Shown here piece after piece: positions 59,901-64,000 of a stretch of DNA of 64,000 bases. The DNA is taken from positions 106,268,001-106,332,000 of the forward strand of contig NC_135656.1 in NCBI RefSeq assembly GCF_964188315.1. Direction: 5' to 3'. The first letter of the stretch is position 1. Each line of letters begins with the position of its first letter. Made by a program: the position numbers and the translations under genes. Below the pieces are notes generated by a model. The model was not told the origin of the DNA, searched no databases, and saw only the letters and a list, made by a program, of their open reading frames with translations. The stretch is from Podarcis muralis. Its lineage: Eukaryota.

Positions 59901-60939
59901 AGTCCCTATTAAATTACACAAAAAAAAACCCCACCTCTTTGTGGCTACTTTTGTCCTGCCTCATAATAACCCAACGACGTAAGTGCTGCTGCTGCTGCAG
60001 CCTCTCGACTCCAGAGAGTAAAGCAATGGCTGGAATAATAACTCATAATAATAATAATAATATCATTTATACCAGTACCAGATTTACATATAAGCTAAAC
60101 ATGTTCTAGCTTAGGGCCCCCCTCTCTTGTGCCCTCCAAAAAAAAATTAAAGGGAAAAAAAGATGTACATTTCCAAAATATAAGATAAGAAACAAAATAA
60201 AGCCTACATACAGCAACAGTGGCAAATGGCTTTAGATACCTATTAGGTCCATAAATTGCCATATAGCATATATTTAACACAAAAAATGACAGTTGGTTGT
60301 TGATAAAGGACAGCTGGATATATAAAGGGCCCCATTATCTTCAGTAGCTTAGGGCCTCATCAAACCTGAATCCGGCCCAGCAGTGGGTGACCAATCCTAT
60401 CTGGTTGGGTTTCCCTAGCTGGCCACTCTGGGCGGCTTCCAGCAAAACATAAAAACGTGACAAAATGTCAGACCTTAAAAACGAAACAAAAAAGCTTTAT
60501 TATTAGTATTAAGAGCCTGTAAGGTCTTTTTGAGGACTGCAGTCACCTTCATTCGCGGCAGTGTTGGGTGGTTTGTTTGTTTGTTTGTGTGTGTTGTTTG
60601 TGCACAAACAGGTAATGGGGTGGGGATAGTTAAACATTTCAAATGGGGAATTGTATGATGTGACAGTTGCATAATTAGGTAATGCCAGTTTGCAACACCA
60701 GCAGTTGGTTTGCACCTTGGGAGATGAGGCTTGTTAAAGAGCAGACCTTTAGTTCTGTGAATAGCATGGTTGCATATAGATAATGCATTTATTTGAGCCA
60801 AGTAAGCGTCAAGTGGCTTGCTGGATCCTGAACTTCAGAATGTGGTACTGTGTTTTAAAAATTATTATTTTGCTGTTTGAACATTTTTATTCACGGCCCT
60901 CTTAGCTAAGGATGAAAAGTTGCATCAGAAAGTGGTAAA

Positions 60940-61275
60940 GTTAAAGGGACCCCTGACCATTAGGTCCAGTCGTGACCGACTCTGGTGCTCATCTCGCTCT
61001 ATAGGCTGAGGGAGCCGGTGTACAGCTTCCGGGTCATGTGGCCAGCATGACTAAGCCGCTTCTGGCGAACCAGAGCAGTGCATGGAAATGCCATTTACCT
61101 TCCCGCCGGAGTGGTACCTATTTATCTACTTACACTTTGACGTGCTTTCGAACTGCTAGGTTGGCAGGAGCAGGGACCAAGCAACGGGAGCTCACCCCAT
61201 TGCGGGGATTCGAACCGCCGATCTTCTGATCGGCAAGTCCTAGTCTCTGTGGTTTAACCCACAGCGGCACCCGCG
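60940..61275 (-). mobile_element. Sauria SINE (subfamily A) in HDAC11 intron 1
   Basis: Reverse-complement full-length copy. Confidence 0.9.
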
Positions 61276-62054
61276 GCACTCTTTCTAATATTATCCCAGT
61301 CATGTAAAATACAGTACTTAATTCTAAATTAAAAGTTTTAAAATTAAAAATGTTCATTTTTGGAGTGAACCCTGTGATATGACTCTCACATTCTGTGTTG
61401 TTCTAAGTGACAGAAATCAAATTAAGGCTGCAGTCTTGTGCACTGTTACAAGAGAGTAAATTACATTGCTCAGTGGGACTTTTGAGTGATATGCATAGAG
61501 TTGTGCTCTAAAATGCTTGCATTTTCTATTATATCAATTGGAACAATAATCTGTAATGAAATTTCCTGAATGGGAATTGATTTTAATTCAGGCAGGCAAA
61601 ATACTATACATATTTATTTATTACAGTACTGTTTTGCCTCAGCTTTCAATCTTTTCTTACGCCCTCAGTTTTGATTAGGAATGGCCAGTCATACCATGTC
61701 TCCCAGATACACAACTTAGCACTTCGTGTTCTTATAAGAGGATTAGACAAGTTCCAGGAGGACAAGGTTTTCTATGGGCCCCTTACAACTCTACAGTTCT
61801 ATGAATACCAGGAGGGGAGAGTGCTGTTGAACTCATGTCCGCTGTAAGAACAGGATGCTAAACTAGATCATTGGCCTGATCCAGCAGGTTCCTGTTATGT
61901 TCTCATGTTTAGGGAGGAGCTATATATTACAATTGGCAGTTGGGCCAATTAACGTGAAATTATAATACATTTGGCTCCTGTCCTCTGAGCTAAAAAAACA
62001 GCATGAAGGATGTGAGGACATCAGGGACAGGTAGGAGCCATATGTGTAGCTATT

Positions 62055-62195
62055 GAGCATGGCTCAGTTGGTAGATCACGAGACTCTCAATCTCAGGGCC
62101 ATGGGTTCGAACCCCACATTGGGCAGAATATTCCTGCATTGCAGGGGGTTGGACTAGATGACCCTCGTGGTCACTTCGAGTTCTATAATTCTGTG
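62055..62195 (+). mobile_element. tRNA-Lys-derived SINE with CR1-type tail
   Basis: gctcagttggtagatcacgagactctcaatctcagggccatgggttcgaaccccacattggg resembles tRNA-Lys; followed by cctgcattgcagggggttggactagatgacc. Confidence 0.65.
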
Positions 62196-62638
62196 ACTCT
62201 GCTGCTATCTAGTCTTCATGTGCAAAGTCTCTTGCCACATTCTACAGTCCCACGTGTGCAAGCTGCTCCCGCCAGCTGCGCTCATTGGCTTTGCATGGCC
62301 AGAGCCAAGTGGGCTGGGCGGATTGGTTGGCACTTCCAGCAGTGGGTGACCAAAGACAAGAGGCCTTTTCTGAAGGCTGCTTGAGATGTAAGAGGGTGGC
62401 TTTCCCAGCCCAGAATGCCTCCTGTGCCCAACAAAGCTACAAGCAATGACATTTGGTAGTACTGGATAGTTTGGTTTGGCCTCCCTCACTTTTGATCTCT
62501 TATAATGAATGGTATTATGCCTGTTATGCATTCCACGTCTGGTGCTCCGGAGGGCAAAAGAATAACTGGAAAAAGAATATTCTTGTCTATGTTGCGTTAC
62601 ATAATTTGGGCACATTTATGTGGAATGTATTTAATAAT

Positions 62639-62639
62639 A

Positions 62640-62676
<37 letters not shown>
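62639..62676. repeat. (GAT)n microsatellite
   Basis: Read directly from the sequence. Confidence 0.95.
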
Positions 62677-62677
<1 letters not shown>

Positions 62678-62818
62678 AATTTTAAAAAAAATTATTTATA
62701 TCCTGCTCTCCCCAGCCAAAGCCGGACTCAGAGTGGCTAACAACAATAAAAGTAACACAGTTTACAGTTTTCTCCTTTTTGGTATTTGGATATCTGATGT
62801 TGTTACTGTTTCTGTTAG

Positions 62819-62967
62819 GCCTCACAGGACAGAACTCTACCACGACATCCCGCCAACATGCTGGCCGATTGTGTATTCTCCAGATTACAATATTACATTC
62901 ATGGGACTGGAGAAACTACATCCATTCGATGCTGGAAAATGGGGGAAAGTAATAAATTTTTTGAAAG
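62819..62967 (+). CDS. HDAC11: HDAC11 coding exon 2
   Basis: PHRTELYHDIPPTCWPIVYSPDYNITFMGLEKLHPFDAGKWGKVINFLK, the HDAC11 N-terminus; AG/GT boundaries; 149 nt. Confidence 0.97.
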
Positions 62968-63367
62968 GTAAAGTGCGTGCCGAACGGAAAGTCTCAAGCT
63001 TTGTAGAAATTGTGTTGTGTCAGTATTCTGTAAAAAGCCAACCTGCAAGAAGTAATTCCATGTAGATAGTTACTGATGTGTGCAGCAGTTATGATTACTT
63101 TGGTATTTTTATTGTATTTTATATGGACGATTAGTATGCCTTCTGTGTGTTAGATCTGCAGTTCTGCACTGCCTGAAAAGCAGCAGTGGTATAGCCATCG
63201 GTCCTGAATAAACTATCGTTTCCTGCTTAGTGCGCAATGGAGTTTACAGCAAAGCAGAAGCCTAATTTAGTAATGGAAAATCCTATGTGCTGTCTTCTGC
63301 AGGATTGAAATGTGTGCCTTATTTACATGAGATGTTGGATGTAATGTGCTTTTCTTTTTCAATTCAG

Positions 63368-63468
63368 AAGCAAAACTAATTGCCGATGATCTGATTGTAC
63401 GAGCTCGAGAAGCAACTGAAGAAGACCTTTTAGTTGGTCACACAAGAAGCTACTTGAATCGATTAAAG
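63368..63468 (+). CDS. HDAC11: HDAC11 coding exon 3
   Basis: EAKLIADDLIVRAREATEEDLLVGHTRSYLNRLK; acceptor tcaattcag, donor AAG|gtgttg; 101 nt; the gene continues beyond the window. Confidence 0.95.
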
Positions 63469-64000
63469 GTGTTGTATCTTCTACTTGTGTTTGAAACAAA
63501 CTTTGATCCCCCCGCTCGTCCTGTATGTTTCTCTCTCTCGCACACACAGAAAACAAAATCCTCAGTACACGTCAGTGAACATAAAGCAGGAAACGGCAAA
63601 AACATTTTCTTTCATAGCTTTAGAATTCTTGTTTTCATGATTTCCCCCCTAAGTCTTAGGTTAGAACATAGTCCTTAGGTTATAGTGGCGGGTGGGAGCA
63701 GTGTTGATTAGAAAATTAAAAATACAAATCTGCCACAAATTATCTATAAATAAAAAAACCCCTGAAATCATTAAGAAGTTATTATGTAATTTTAGAACTA
63801 TGTTTTGATAGAGTTTACCTTGTGAAGTTTTATATTTTAGGGAACTCAAATGGCAGTACAGACCAACGGTAAGAGGAACGTGAGTGTCTAGATTGAGAGA
63901 CACGCCTTAGTTGTACTCTCTTCTTGGTACCTCTGTTTGAAAGCTGGAAAAGCCAGTTTCATATTAAAGCTTCACAGAGATTATCACCTGACTGCCTTTA

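Overview
This is eukaryotic genomic DNA from a squamate reptile, probably a lacertid lizard; the inference rests on abundant Sauria SINEs with (ACCTTT)n tails plus BovB, CR1, L2, L1/Tx1 fragments and hAT/Tigger MITEs. Genes from left to right: (1) the alpha-1 exon of a CD1-like, MHC class I-like lipid-presenting gene (minus strand, running off the left edge); (2) a plus-strand C2H2 zinc-finger cluster, comprising a partly decayed multi-module unit at about 9-22 kb, an 8-finger KRAB-less gene at about 27.6-30.5 kb, an 8-finger gene with a strictly alternating two-finger code at about 33-38 kb, and a complete 4-exon KRAB-ZNF gene at 43.5-48.7 kb; (3) a minus-strand spliced gene encoding a Myb/SANT (trihelix, Harbinger-type) domain plus a coiled coil at 54.4-57.7 kb, head-to-head with (4) the first three coding exons of HDAC11 (59.7-63.5 kb). 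The most interesting points are the apparently domesticated Harbinger-type Myb/SANT gene divergent from HDAC11, the CD1/ZNF/HDAC11 juxtaposition (a possible synteny junction) and the alternating zinc-finger array. All exon structures were read by eye from splice signals and reading-frame phase, no database search was run, and most repeat boundaries are approximate.
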